Origin: Yuukianura sp. NJ FZ-2021
Taxonomy: Eukaryota
Assembly: GCA_046563655.1 (NCBI GenBank)
Contig: CM102285.1
Span: 14,570,001 to 14,634,000 of the forward strand
DNA: 64,000 nucleotides
Reading direction: 5' to 3'
In this document: one piece after another, positions 24,284 to 36,772 of the stretch
How positions within the stretch are numbered: the stretch's first letter is position 1
How the letters are laid out: the number at the start of each line of letters is the position of its first letter
Notes under the pieces: model-generated
The model's database searches: none
Seen by the model: only the letters and a program-made list of their open reading frames with translations
What the model was told of the DNA's origin: nothing
Made by a program: the position numbers and the translations under genes

Positions 24284-25461
24284 TTAGAAAATGTTGAAGT
24301 AGTTTTCAGAAAAATGTACTCTAAGAATAAAAATTAAAATGATTCCAGTTTTGTAGTGGTCGTGGTTAGCTGAATTGAATACGTTCTCTGCATTTTCACC
24401 ACGATAGTTTCCTGTTCAAATGTGAATTTTGAAATTTTCAGAACCAAATTTTTCAAAAACGAATTAAAAAAAATTCGAAATCTTTTTTAAGAAAAAACGT
24501 TTGACGGCCGACCTGGTGGAAAGTACTGAGCTGCAACAAAGTATCCACCATTTTCAGCTTGTGCGTAGCTCATACACATTTCTTTGGATCCTAAAAAAAA
24601 AGAGGACACGAAATTTTCAAAATAATAAACTTTGCACCTCACTTGTTTTGTCATTTCTCAAAAAAAAAAAAATTTTGATTTTTTTAAATAATTTTTTTTA
24701 ATAAAATATTTTTTGTTTAAATAAGTTGACCTTTCCATACGACTTGTGTGAAGTGACCAGTAGTGCCTGTTCCTTCATGTTTAGCAAAATCGTAGTCTTT
24801 GATTTCGGAGTACCAAGATTGTACAGTGTCGCTCGCTGGTTTCAGTTTGAGTAAACTGCTCTTGTACATTGCCAAATTCTCACCACATTTCATCCCATCT
24901 CCAATCCCATTGATTTTTCTAGTATGCGTCATTCTTCCGGCTGCTGCATTCTGATTGGCTGTCCACTGACTACTCTTGCACATCTGAAAGTAATCGATCA
25001 CAGTAATCGAATTTAGTCAAAGTAATTCCATAACTTCAGAAGAATTTGGAAGGTGGCGCTTGCAACAGACTGAGTTCAAATGAAACTCACGTTGGCGTTG
25101 AACACCAAAGGAGGAACGCCTAAAGAAACGTTTTCTTGATTTCATTGTTCAGTTTTTCTTTTTAAATTTTTGAAAATATTTTGAACCATGTTTCATGCGA
25201 AGTTTATTGTGAGCGTCGACCCCTTCTCGAGCCCACTTTTCCCTGTCTCCGTCCGTGGGAACTTCTCCTTCCTGTTCAAATTTCAAAATTGTTTAAAACA
25301 TGGATTGATCGAATTTCAAAAAAATATTTTGATTTTTTTTTAAAACTGACAAGAACTTTTCCGTTTTGGGTGATGCAGGCTGGAGCTGAGAAGGCTGAAG
25401 CAAAAGCCAGTTGACCAAGGAGCGAAACTTCCACAAACAAAAGTACATGTCCAAAAGTCAT
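24284..25461 (-). CDS. CAP/SCP secreted protein H
   Basis: Six exons; [34 protein letters not shown]. Confidence 0.87.
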
Positions 25462-26266
25462 CTTTTAATTAGCCTTTTCAATTAATTAAGTAGAGACTAG
25501 GTAGACTAAAAGTAAACTAAGACGTTAAGGTAGGTTATTCAAATTACTAGTTATCCAATATTAAAAATTATGAAAACAATGAAAATGAATGCGGAAAATG
25601 CAATTCTGGGAAATGTTTTTGAGACTCAAAAACAAACAAGGTCACAAAAACCGCAGCGCGTTCGCTCCCATAAAACGAAATGGTGAGAATAAAAAATATC
25701 GATTTCACATTCAAAATAGAAAAAAATAGAAGTTCTAGGGTAAATTGTGCTACTTAATGAAATTTTGAATCAAATTGTTATTCTAATTGGGAATGGGATG
25801 TTCTCGCGTTAGTATTTCATCGCCATCATCATTTGTAATCTAACCTCAGGATTAGGTTCGATGACACAAAATTGAAATTCTTGGTTATAGTATAGCTAAT
25901 TGTTCTGTTAATTAACTGAAATTATTTTATTAAACTAGGTAATTTAAACTTTTGTATTAAAAAATGTTTAGAAATAATTCTCTCCTCATGATGGACCCAG
26001 AAAAAACGTTATTGTCACACACAAATATTCCAACGCTTTTCGTCGTAACTTTCCTGAGACACAATTACTTCAAATTCAAAACAAACCCCGCGAAAAAAAA
26101 GGACACTTTTGTTTTCTTTTCAATTTGCCCTGTTTAAGTTTAGCCTTTAGCGGAGGTAATCAATTAATTTAAGATAAATTTAGTTAATTAATTACTTATT
26201 CATGGTTTAACATTGATTGGAATAGGTAATCATATTGTGTAACCTGTGGCTCAACGGAAATGCCTA

Positions 26267-27662
26267 ATGGGAGTACCGTACTTGAATTCCTCCAGCACAA
26301 CCAGGACGCTAGTCAGAAATTTTTCGTTTCTGCTAGCAGCGGTCAAGCACAACGACACAGGTCGTATGCTTCCATCGTCGACAACCAAGCGACAATACAA
26401 CACGATTGGCGACATTCAACACCCTCTCCGCATTCTGTTCCTCGGCAGTGACGAATTTTCGATCAAGTCTTATGAAGCTGTCACTACCGTTTTTCAGCCA
26501 CCGAGTCAAATTTATGTCGTCGTTTCAAATCGGAACAATTTACTGGCCAAGCACGTCAAGGCCCAAGGAGAAACTGATGCTGCCGTCCATACCTCAAACA
26601 ACGTGACACTTGGTCTCTGGGATCATTTTAGAAAAGAAGTATCCAATACTTCACCTAATGTGCTGCCGAAGTTTGACCTTGGAGTTGTATCGTCCTTTGG
26701 ACACCTCGTTCCCTCCAAGGTCATCAGTCAATGTCAAATGTATGTCAAATTCAAACTGCTCTACTTTTGAGATCATATCCTTGTTCATATCGTTTAAAAA
26801 TCGTTTTGTTTAGGGGCATTCTCAACGTTCACGGAAGCCTTTTACCACGATGGAGAGGAGCCGCTCCCACCGCTGCAGCTATCATCAATGGAGACAATGT
26901 CACCGGTGTCTCCATAATGAAAATTGCTCCTCACAGGTCATTCTCTGACAAAAATTCATTTCAAAAAGTCTTGAAATCATTTTTCAAAATCGTTTCAGAT
27001 TCGACATTGGTCCAGTCCTACACCAAGTTCAAGTTCCTTTGGACAGACACATTCGGACGCACGAATTGACGTCGTTACTAGCTTCAGTTGGAGCCGATGC
27101 TCTCAAGAATGTGCTCCAAAATCTCAACCATTATCTACAAGTAGCCTTACCGCAAGACGAGTCCCAGGCTACAAAAGCTCCCAAACTGTCTCCAGAAATG
27201 AGCCATGTCCAATGGAACCAAATGGATGCTGTCCAAGTATACAATTTGTTCCGAGGAGTATCTCAACGATACAAACTCAAAACACAATTCCAAGGTCGTA
27301 CAGTGGATCTTGATGACCTTGGAATTCTCCAAACCCCTGACGATTCAGGCACTTTGTACTCCAATTTCTACAAATACTCCACCACCCAGTCAATCCCTGA
27401 CGACAACTTGGTGAATGTCACCGCAGACGCTAACCCAGGCGACATTCACTTCCTGAACAAAGTCCTTTGTGTAAAGTGTCAGTGCACAAGTAACGAACTC
27501 AAGCGACATTGGATATTTATCCATAGGATAAAAATTAATCAAAAGTGGATGAGTCCTTTGGATTTTAGAAATGGATGGTTATCCAAAGTGGATCCCCTTA
27601 AGAGACACTTTGACTCTTTGTCTGTAGATTTAGGTAAGATTGAATTATCCAGTAAAACATAA
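26267..27662 (+). CDS. MTFMT: Mitochondrial methionyl-tRNA formyltransferase
   Basis: Three exons; [50 protein letters not shown]-terminal presequence-like region. Confidence 0.92.
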
Positions 27663-27681
27663 AAGTTTAACGTTAAGTTGA

Positions 27682-29680
27682 TCATTTCTTAGGTTCTGCG
27701 TTCACGTCGGTGTCACTTTGCTGATCGGCGACATTCGGTACTTCCAGACTTGTCTTATTTTTCCTTTGAGTGGCACGTCGTACTTTGTCCTTTCTTACTG
27801 GACCTGCAGCTTTTATGTCATCTTCCTTTGCAGTGTCATTGACCAAATCCATTTTTGAGTCCTCCGGATGATATTCATCAACAATTTCAATCAGCGGATT
27901 CTTGAGGAAATGGACATGTTTCTTTCTCTCAGCTTCATCCAATTCTGCGTCGGCTTCATCTTCTGCCAAATGTCGCTCTCTCGTTTCCAAAGTGTCGATA
28001 AGGCGCGGTCTTCGAAGTTCCAGCATCTCGGTTTCTTGTAAGTACGATGGATCGTATTCTAGATTCAGTGGAGCTGGGCCTATCCGCTTGTGTTGTGAGT
28101 GCTTAAACTTGCAACAAGCTCGGAGAAAGAAGAAGTCGATTATCCAGTCTCTACACGAGTAGCGATACATTTTATCATTTTTCAAACGTCGTTGAAGAAT
28201 AATGTAGCCGAAGAATGTCCAACTAGCAGCAATAGCCTGAGATAAAAGAAAATCACGCGATTTCCGCGATCAAAATATCGAATATTCGAGACAAAAATAT
28301 CAAGATATTTGAGATAAAAATATCGAATATTTTTATATTTTTTTATCGAGATATGCATTGTGGTAGTGAAGTTATCTCACCATGAGTGTGATTATAACAA
28401 CGGCGAGCAAAGTAAGTTGTTCCGTGAAAGATTGAAAGAACAGAATCAATTTGTAGAAACATCCTTCCGACATCAGTGTAGTTTTTGGATAGTACTGGCA
28501 GTACAACATGAGCAGAGCGTAGGGGCGTGTCCTAATGATGTAACCGTACTCATGTAGAAGGGTGTAGTCTGGACAGCAAGATTCCGGAAATCGTCGAATA
28601 TCCACCTCATCGGCGGGTTTGTCATTACGATTCAGCCAGTACCCCCAATCAACATACCAGTCTTCAAATCCATTCACACCACAGCATTTCAACTAAAACG
28701 AACCGAAGCATCAAAAGTATCTTGACATATACTGGCAGTATCTTTGTCAATTACTGAGAACTGTGCCTGATTCCAAGCATTTCGTTCAGCTTTCGTTCCT
28801 TTGAAGTAGCCATACTTCCAGAGCGAGTGGAGCAACAAACTTTTGAGTCTTCCGGTATCCAGTTGTGTCAAGTTGTAAATTTGAACACCAGCGAAGATAA
28901 TGTACGGGAAAATGAAGATTGGGCCCCACGTAAAGTACTGGAAGGTGAATTATACTTAATAAGTTGTTAGTGTTGTTCAAAACGTTTTTCAAAAATTTTC
29001 AAAATTTTGAAAAATTTTGTACTAATCTTACCGCGGCTATGAGTGGCGGGTAGGTAAAAATGGTTGAGACACTGATTCCCCAAGTAGCGTAAACGAAAGA
29101 AGTAGTGGTAATGAGCAGATTCGTTTCGATTTCGAGGGCTAGTCGATTCAGTCTCGTAGGTTCAGCGTCAAACATTCGACGAAAAAATTCGAGTGGGTAG
29201 AAGTACTCCATGTAAATCCACATGTTGACGTAATAAATGTTGAATAAAAGCAGGATAATGCAGAAGGTCAAGCACATCCTTCTGCATAGGCGGATCGACA
29301 CGCCTTTTGGAGCTTTCTGTTCCATAAATAATCAATTAACTGAAAATTACTTAGGTTAATCGATTTAAAGTAATTGGTTTATTTACTTGTTCAAAGATGG
29401 GCTGCGGTAACGTCGGAACGACGATACCCCGTTCTCCCGTTTCTGTGTTGATAACCGGAACGGCCAAGTTCCGGTCGATATCGACATCAGTGACGGAGTC
29501 ATCTAGCAACTTTGTGTGTTTCTCTGCCTGTTCTTGCAGTACTTTGAGTTCCTTCTGGGTCAATAGAGTGTCAGTCCTCACATGACCTTTGACCTTCTTC
29601 TTCAATTCGAACAGTTCCTCGCGAGTGTATCTCGTCCGGGCCGGATCCTGCTGGATTTTGTAGCCACGGTAGAACGACAT
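27682..29680 (-). CDS. Divergent tetraspanin with long N- and C-terminal cytoplasmic tails
   Basis: CCG, PESCC and EGC motifs in the large loop; four hydrophobic segments. The 29680-29387 exon joins in frame (phase 0) to KAPKGV via the acceptor at 29317-29318. Confidence 0.75.
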
Positions 29681-29692
29681 GGTGACGACTGA

Positions 29693-29802
29693 AGATAAGA
29701 TTCAAGATAAGTTTATCTTAAATATATCAAGATAAGCTTATCTCATTTCAAGATAAGTTTACCTTAAATATCTCAAGATAAGCTTATGTTAAATATCTCA
29801 AG
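29693..29802. repeat. GATA-rich tandem repeat (~22-bp unit caagataag(c/t)ttatcttaaatat)
   Basis: About five imperfect copies immediately 5' of the tetraspanin ATG. Confidence 0.8.
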
Positions 29803-30076
29803 ACAACGAACCAAGTGTCGACCTGTCGAAGGAATGGATACAGCAAATTCCAGGCGAAAAGCGAAACCCTGGAAAAACTTTCAGAAAAATTAGTGAAAAT
29901 ACACAAAGAATTGTTACGTTTTTCCTCAGAGCTTCTGTCAAGGTAACCTTTGATATTTGAACAAAGTACCAATTTACTGGTGACCGTGACCTTTGACCTT
30001 GACCTTGAGATGGTTTTACAGAAAGAATACACATGACATGTTGGTACACTGATAAGACAAATGATTAATTAGACAA

Positions 30077-31471
30077 TTAAACGTATAAATCATATTTGTA
30101 GTTAAAATAATCCTGGTCAAAGTTGTGGACTCGAAGGAAACCGTCTTCAGCTCCACTAACATACTGCGTTCCACTGGGGCCGAATGCCAGGGAGTTGATT
30201 GGACCAAAGTGACCTTTGACCCGAGCAAATTCCTCTTCGAATACCAAGTTGTACAGGCGAGCTTCAAACTTCCCTTGACTCGTGGCTGTTTGTGTGACGA
30301 TCATGGCCTCTTGACCTCCTCCTAACACAACCTGAAAGGGCAAAACCAAAATATCAAATCTGGATTCACGTGACACTTATTTTGTGAATGGAGTTTACGT
30401 GTTCCATATTTGGAGAAATACAGGCACTGTTCACTGGTCGATCAGTTCTGTATGTCTTGAGGCAATCCAACGTTTCTGTGTCGAAGAGCTTGGCTGTCGT
30501 GTCCTTTGATGCTGTGACGAACATTGTTCCGTCTTTCGACGTCTGCATGTCACTGATACTTCCGGAGTGGTCGTCAGAAAATGTCAAGGGTTTCAGTGTC
30601 TACAAAACATTCAGTTTTTGATAAAAATTCAGTGAATTTTTTCAGAATTCAGCAAATTTTTTCAGAATACAGAAAATTTTGTTTTTCAGTTGAAAATGTG
30701 TACCTTGAGGTCCCAGACTGTCAACCGTCCATTGTCATGTCCAGTGACAATCGTCTCATCAACTGCTCCCCAAACGAGTGACGTCACTTTGGACTCACTG
30801 GCTGACAATATTGTGGTTGATTCTCCCAGTTGTGAAGGATCACGGACATCGGCAATAAATATTTCACTGGGCTGACTCATCGCTTGATCTGTTGAGTATA
30901 CAACCTGATTTCCGGAGTAACTGAAAAGACAGGTTCGAACTGGAGACTTTTTGTCCACACTGCTAAGCTGTGTTCCTGTAATTCATACGATTTACAATGG
31001 CAATTAACTAAGGATTCAAGAATTACTCGATCACATGATCATTTTCTTACCCCTCTCAACATCCCAGAGACGAATGGACATGTCACCACCGCCAGAGAGA
31101 AATCTGCTTGTTCTCCAGTCAACATCGATACACCAAACTGCTCCTGTGTGTCCATCAAAGGTCCCAAGTCTCTCTCCATTTGATGCGTACCAAACACTGG
31201 GCTTGCTGTCCTTGGCTGCTGAAAAAATCAAGTCTCCCTCTCGATTGTACTTGACCTGTGTGATGGCTCGATCGTGTCCTTGCAGAATCAACGGTCTCTG
31301 GAAACCAAATCCAACAGCACAAGATTTACAATCAGCAGTAGTTAAATTACTAAAATCCTACTTCATAGGCCGGTGAAGGGTAAACATATTTTGTTCACCA
31401 CAGAAAGGTGAACCTTGTATTAGTAGTAAATCTTTTAGTAAGAATATACTGAACATATGTTAACTTACCAT
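30077..31471 (-). CDS. eIF3i: Eukaryotic translation initiation factor 3 subunit I (WD40)
   Basis: ATG-only first coding exon (31471-31469), then [23 protein letters not shown]...GERLGT...VLGGGQEA...[19 protein letters not shown]. Confidence 0.96.
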
Positions 31472-31900
31472 CTCGGATTCAGTTATCTATCGGCGACTTC
31501 GTTACACAATCAGAACTGAAAGGAATCTAGATCTTAATTAACAAAGTAATTAGTAATTGAGATTGAGAGAGAAGATTTTAATGTTCTTTTCCGCCGACTT
31601 GTCAATAAATTTTACACGTTGTTTTTTGAAAAGTGCTGCGCATGCGGTACATTGCAATCAAAATATTTTTCCTCTCAAAAAGCAAGAGAATTTGAATTTT
31701 AAAAGCCGCCAAAAACATTAAACCGATTTTTGTTTACTTTTTTTTTGAATTTTGATTTTGAACAAAATTGTTTTGTTCTTTTGTTTGCTTTTTACAAAGT
31801 AATTAACGTAGTAACTAGTTAAATTAATTGCTAGTTTTAATAATCTTATCAATCAGTCTATGCATCACTCTCCTGTCCGAAGGAAAACTTTGAGTTTGAA

Positions 31901-32956
31901 ATGTTCCAAGTCCCGTTTAGAAATCAACGTTCGGCTATCTTTGGTAATTCAATTTCTCAAATCTAAATTTCGAACATGGTTTAAAATTATACGCATTTCT
32001 GTTAACATTACGGTACATAACTTACGCAAGTTCTACATAACTTGGTAAATAATTATGTGCATCCACAGTAGTTCGGAATTATGCTGCTGCTAACCGGCGT
32101 CTAATTTGTACAACCAATTCTGTGGCGGATTCTATTCAAAGTCAACAAGGTCGAGAATATCCACCCAACAGTTCCTTGAAGATCACTGAAATTCGGAACA
32201 GAAATCCCAGGAATTTGGAAAAACTTAGAATTGCTCCAAAACCCAGAGGATGGTACTTGGATAACGAAGGAAAATGTTTCTGGAACAAGTATGACAACAT
32301 CCCTTTTTCCCTTTTCTAAATCAATACACTCAAACAATCGAATAAGTAACAAAATTGTAACATTTTTCGTATTTGTTCCTTGTAGGGTCATGCTGGAGAT
32401 TACCTCCAAACATGTTACAAGTAAAGTTCAACATTTTTATGGCTTTGTGCCAGTAATCGCCTCTACAACGGAGTGGTGCATCCGAAAACACCTCTACAGG
32501 TTAGTTCAAAATCTTAAGTGAAAATCAAGATGAATTGATGCAATTCCTTTTTAACTTTCTGTTTTAGTACCAAGGATTCTGCTGCAGTGGAGGCCGTCGG
32601 TACTGTTTTTGCTCAGAGGTGCCTGGAGTCAGGTATTTTCGAACTCTACTGCGGATTTACCGAGGAGGAACGGACGAAACCAAAAGTGAGTTGTACCAGC
32701 AGATACCAGAAATTTAGAAATTTACCGAAATACTGTTTTTCAGGTAAAGATTTTCCTGGATGCTTTGGAAAGCGGTGGACTTGTGTTGAAAGAACCAGAC
32801 GAAGTGATTCGTGCTGACTGGCTGCACTACCCGGATAAAATGGAACGACCTTGGGAGTACTACGAGCATCCAGACACAGGAGAAATCGTTCACGAATCTC
32901 CAATTGCCACTGAACTTAACAAATTTAATGCCGTCACGAAAAAACCACTGCACTAA
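31901..32956 (+). CDS. mRpL18: Mitochondrial ribosomal protein L18
   Basis: NRNPRNLEKLRIA, GW...FWNK, ASTTEWCIRKHLYST, VFAQRCLESGI; head-to-head with eIF3i. Confidence 0.92.
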
Positions 32957-33044
32957 ACACATTGTTAATTGTAGTTGCTAATTAAGTTTAATTTAACTTT
33001 AACTTTTTCCAAGTAAAGTCGTTTCCAGTTCTGTTCAGAACGTT

Positions 33045-34782
33045 TTATCTTCTCATGAGTCCTTCATTTTCAAACATTTCAAACAGGGTGTACTCAAACA
33101 CATGGAGGTAAAACTTGCCAATCCTGTTGGTTTGCAAAATTTTCAGAATTCCAAAAAAACTTTTTCAAAATAATATTTTTTTTTTGGTTTTTACGTTTTA
33201 GGCAAATGCTCTCCCATGAGAGGTCCATTTTCACATGAGCAAAATTCTGTGTCAAATGCGCTCCAGCTTTCACAGCGGCAAGATCTGAAAACTTCTTCGG
33301 CAATTGAACGTTTGAAGTAATCCGCGGCCTTCAAGTGGTCACAGGCCCCTGCAAGAAGGCCGTTTTAATATATTATATTTTATTTAATTATTTTATATTA
33401 ATTTATTTATTTTAATTAATTTTTTTACGTATCATGTTCTTTTCTAGAACTTGGTCGGCACAAATCGGTTGCCGGAGACCCCCGTTGGGGTAAAAGTCGG
33501 CTCCACCAGTGGGCATCGGGATGCCCAGCTCTCCGCTTCTGAAATTGAGTCCACCGTTGGTATGAATGGTGTCAACGAAATCAGCGTCTCTGGAATCCAG
33601 TCGCATCTCACTCGGAGCTGAGTAGAATCCTGGACCACTTGGATCCAAACCTGAGCAGAAGCAGGTAGTGATTTATAATGAAATCATGAAATCTTGGTGG
33701 TTACATCGGGTGGTTACAATAGATGCAATTCAGGTTTACTTCAACCGATTTATTGGAAAATCACCTGTAATTCGACCAAGGATTGCAAAATTTCCGGCTC
33801 TTTGCTTCAATTGATGAGCAGCAACTCCTGCGACATGTGCACCGAGACATGCTCCGACAATGTGCACCGTTGCATAACTTTTTAGAAATCCACGGTTTTT
33901 TACAACCAATAGAAATTCAGCAAGAGTTTTTCCAACCTGTTGAGCGTACATGGCAGACTCAAAATATGGTTGAGCAGCAAGCATTCCCCAGTCCACAACA
34001 ACAAAATTTGAACTGTAGTTCATAACTTTGTAGGCTAAACAAAATGAAATCTAAAGTTTCACTTTTGCTTAGTTTTTGAAAAATTTTGTAATTTTTTTTT
34101 TTTTTCGTAATTTTGAAAACCTTCCAGAAGTTGGACCGGCATGTTCATCGTTTTCTGATTTTGACGGTACCCGTGGATTAGAATCTTCAAGTTCTCATTC
34201 GGATTCCACGAAGAGCGTCGAATCGTGTCGGGATTCCATGGACTCAACTCTTCCCCGTTTTCTGGGCTGAAATTTTTCGAAAATCAAAATTTTGAAAATG
34301 AAATGAAAAGTAAGGCAGAACTTAATTTCAACTGCATTTTTCTGCGTATCTTACGATGTTTTTGTGTGTAGCAGGAATTTGACGTGTCGGAAAGTCTGGA
34401 GTGGCATTTTGAGTAAATACGTGTCAAAAGTGGATCTTGTCCAGGATTTGTGGACTGCCCGACCAGAAGTACTTCTGCTGGACACTGGAACGTAGTGAAC
34501 CAAGTTGTCTATTGCTGCTGGACTCACTTCCCCTGAAGATCCAAAAACCCATGACGGAAGTGCTGCTCCTCTGGAACTGTCCAGTATTAGTTCATCAGCG
34601 TCACTGGAACAGTAGTTGACCTCTGTTTCACACAATATGCTTCTGGTAATTACTTTAACCAATAAAAATTCATTATTTCCCGCCCCCTCCGACCCCCATT
34701 TTACTTCAAAATATTTTGGTGTCTTACCAATATTTTGCAGAAAAAGTGAAAATGTTGCAAGGAGGCCACAATTTAGTAACAT
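33045..34782 (-). CDS. Pancreatic-lipase family protein with GACLG in place of GxSxG
   Basis: ILIHGY, VVVDWG, HIVGACLGAHVAG, RITGLDPSGP, DADFVDTIHT, DFYPNGG, CDHLKAADYF. Confidence 0.88.
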
Positions 34783-35184
34783 TTGAGCAAGTTTTATCAA
34801 AATTTTTAAATAAAAATGCTACAAAGTTGTGGTGTGGATTGAATTTAAACAATGTCAAGAACATGGCTAGCTTTTTATTAAACTTTTGTTTAGTTTAACG
34901 TTCCAAGAAACATCATTTACACTACAATGGACATGAAATTTTGAAATTGGGATTCTACTAACTTATGACAAAGTGTTCACTGCAAAAACAAAAGTTTATT
35001 AACAATTGCATGTACTATAATTTACACTTATACCTTGACATACAAAAAATTTGCCAGTGTGTGAATTTTGAGTCAGGCGTAAAATGAAGACCAATAACAA
35101 AATTTTTGGTTTTGAGTTTTAGTTTATTTGGAAATTACTTTCAAGTGTTTTTGACTGGAGAAACTGCGTACGAGACTCCCTTAT

Positions 35185-35289
35185 CCGCTCTACCCATTTC
35201 TAATGGCTACAATGGGTGGCTACACTTAAAGGTTAAAGTGGCTACTCTGGTGTAGCCACACATTGTAGCCACTACAAATGGCGGAGTGG
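35185..35289. repeat. Inverted repeat / hairpin (MITE-like)
   Basis: ggctacaatgggtggctacac pairs with gtgtagccacacattgtagcc (1 mismatch in 21); weaker outer extension. Confidence 0.7.
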
Positions 35290-35879
35290 CTGCACTTTGC
35301 GACCACAATGACTATAGTTAATCCTTACGTTCACCAAATTTTTTGTTTTTGAAAATAAGTTTGTTTTCTTTTTAAAAAGAAATTTTTTCTTCTTTTTCTT
35401 GTATCTAATGGGAAGAGTATTTTGATTTTGAGTTTTATGTTGAGACGACAAGGTCAACAAGGTCATCTGCTCAAAATGTAACTTTGGTTGTTGATTAAAG
35501 TGCAACTCCTTGGCCACAGTCACTTAGACTTTGAGACAAGTCACAAGTGGACTAGCAGAGTTGAAATGTTTGCAGTTCTTGATTCTGCGTGAACTTGGAC
35601 TCATTTTTTGTAAAGCAACACATAATTACAAAATTCCCAAAATTCACACGAGAGACACAAAAAACTGGATTTTAAAGAAGTTTTGGTTCCAGAACAAAAA
35701 TTCAATTCAGTCACGAACATCCTTCCGTGTTTTCATCTAAACCAAAAGTGGGCGAGGTCAAGTTGAAAACTTCGATTTTTCAAAACCCAGCAGGCGTCTC
35801 ATGAAAGAACTAACTTCGAAATTTCAAAACTCTGTAACGCTCGTTTAAAGTTTCGAAATTTTGAAAAGGAGGAGAAGTG

Positions 35880-36772
35880 ATGCAAAACATGAAAGGAGAA
35901 AGGTCAAGGTCAACTTTCATAACGCTTATCATTGGATGCATAGATGTGGTAAGAGTTTGTTCATCTATGTGACTTAATTCCTCATTTTTAAACTTTCCAA
36001 CCTATTTTTTTTAGATTTTGAGAAGTTTTTTTTTTTTTCAAAATTTTTGAATTTCTAAAATCTTTGATTTTTAGATCCTAGGATTGATTGGAATTTCATC
36101 ATTTTTGATACTGGACGTAAGAGAGAGACATTCAGTGCTTTTTCCATTCGATGCACATTCTAAATCGCTGGTAGTCGAAAACGCTGAATTGTCGGATACT
36201 CAGACCAGATTGGACGCAGTAGGAGAATCTTACCAGTTTTTGTTAGGTAAACAACAATTTTTTCAAAATGAAAAGTTTTCGCCAAAATTCGAAGTTTATA
36301 GCAAAATCTTCAAAAGATTTTCTGAATTTCTTCTTCTTCTACATTTTTTTTAATTTTGTAGAATTTTGGCTACCATCGTTGTTTTCGCTGATTTTGGGAT
36401 TGACTCTGATTGTAGCGTCTACAGCAAACGTAAAACTTTAAAAATTTTGAAATTTTCTGTTAAAAAGCTTGTTTTTTTTATTAGTTTAGTCACAATATGT
36501 TGTTTTTTCAGCACTGTCGCTGTTTAGCTCTGCTGTCGTTTGTGCTAAGCACATTACTTGTCGCTGGCTGTGTCGCCACACTAACGTCGCTTCTGATTGG
36601 TCAAAAGCTGACGTTACTCGGATTCATCCCGTTACTACTCGTGACGTTACTTCAAATCTACTTTTACTTAATCGTTGGTCAGTTTTGGCTGGAAGCAGAA
36701 GCCAGGAGGAATTCAGAAGACAAGGAAATGCTCGTCTTCCCCTCATCTTCACCTGCCAGCTACGTCGCATAG
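35880..36772 (+). CDS. Small four-TM membrane protein (LAPTM/DUF4728-like architecture)
   Basis: Four phase-compatible exons; STFITLIIGCIDV|ILGLIGISSFLIL, then three more hydrophobic helices. Paralog of 40293-41336. Confidence 0.7.

Noticed and set aside
31299..31468. Possible snoRNA in eIF3i intron 1 (two small hairpins)
   Set aside because: No properly spaced C/D or H/ACA boxes could be shown.
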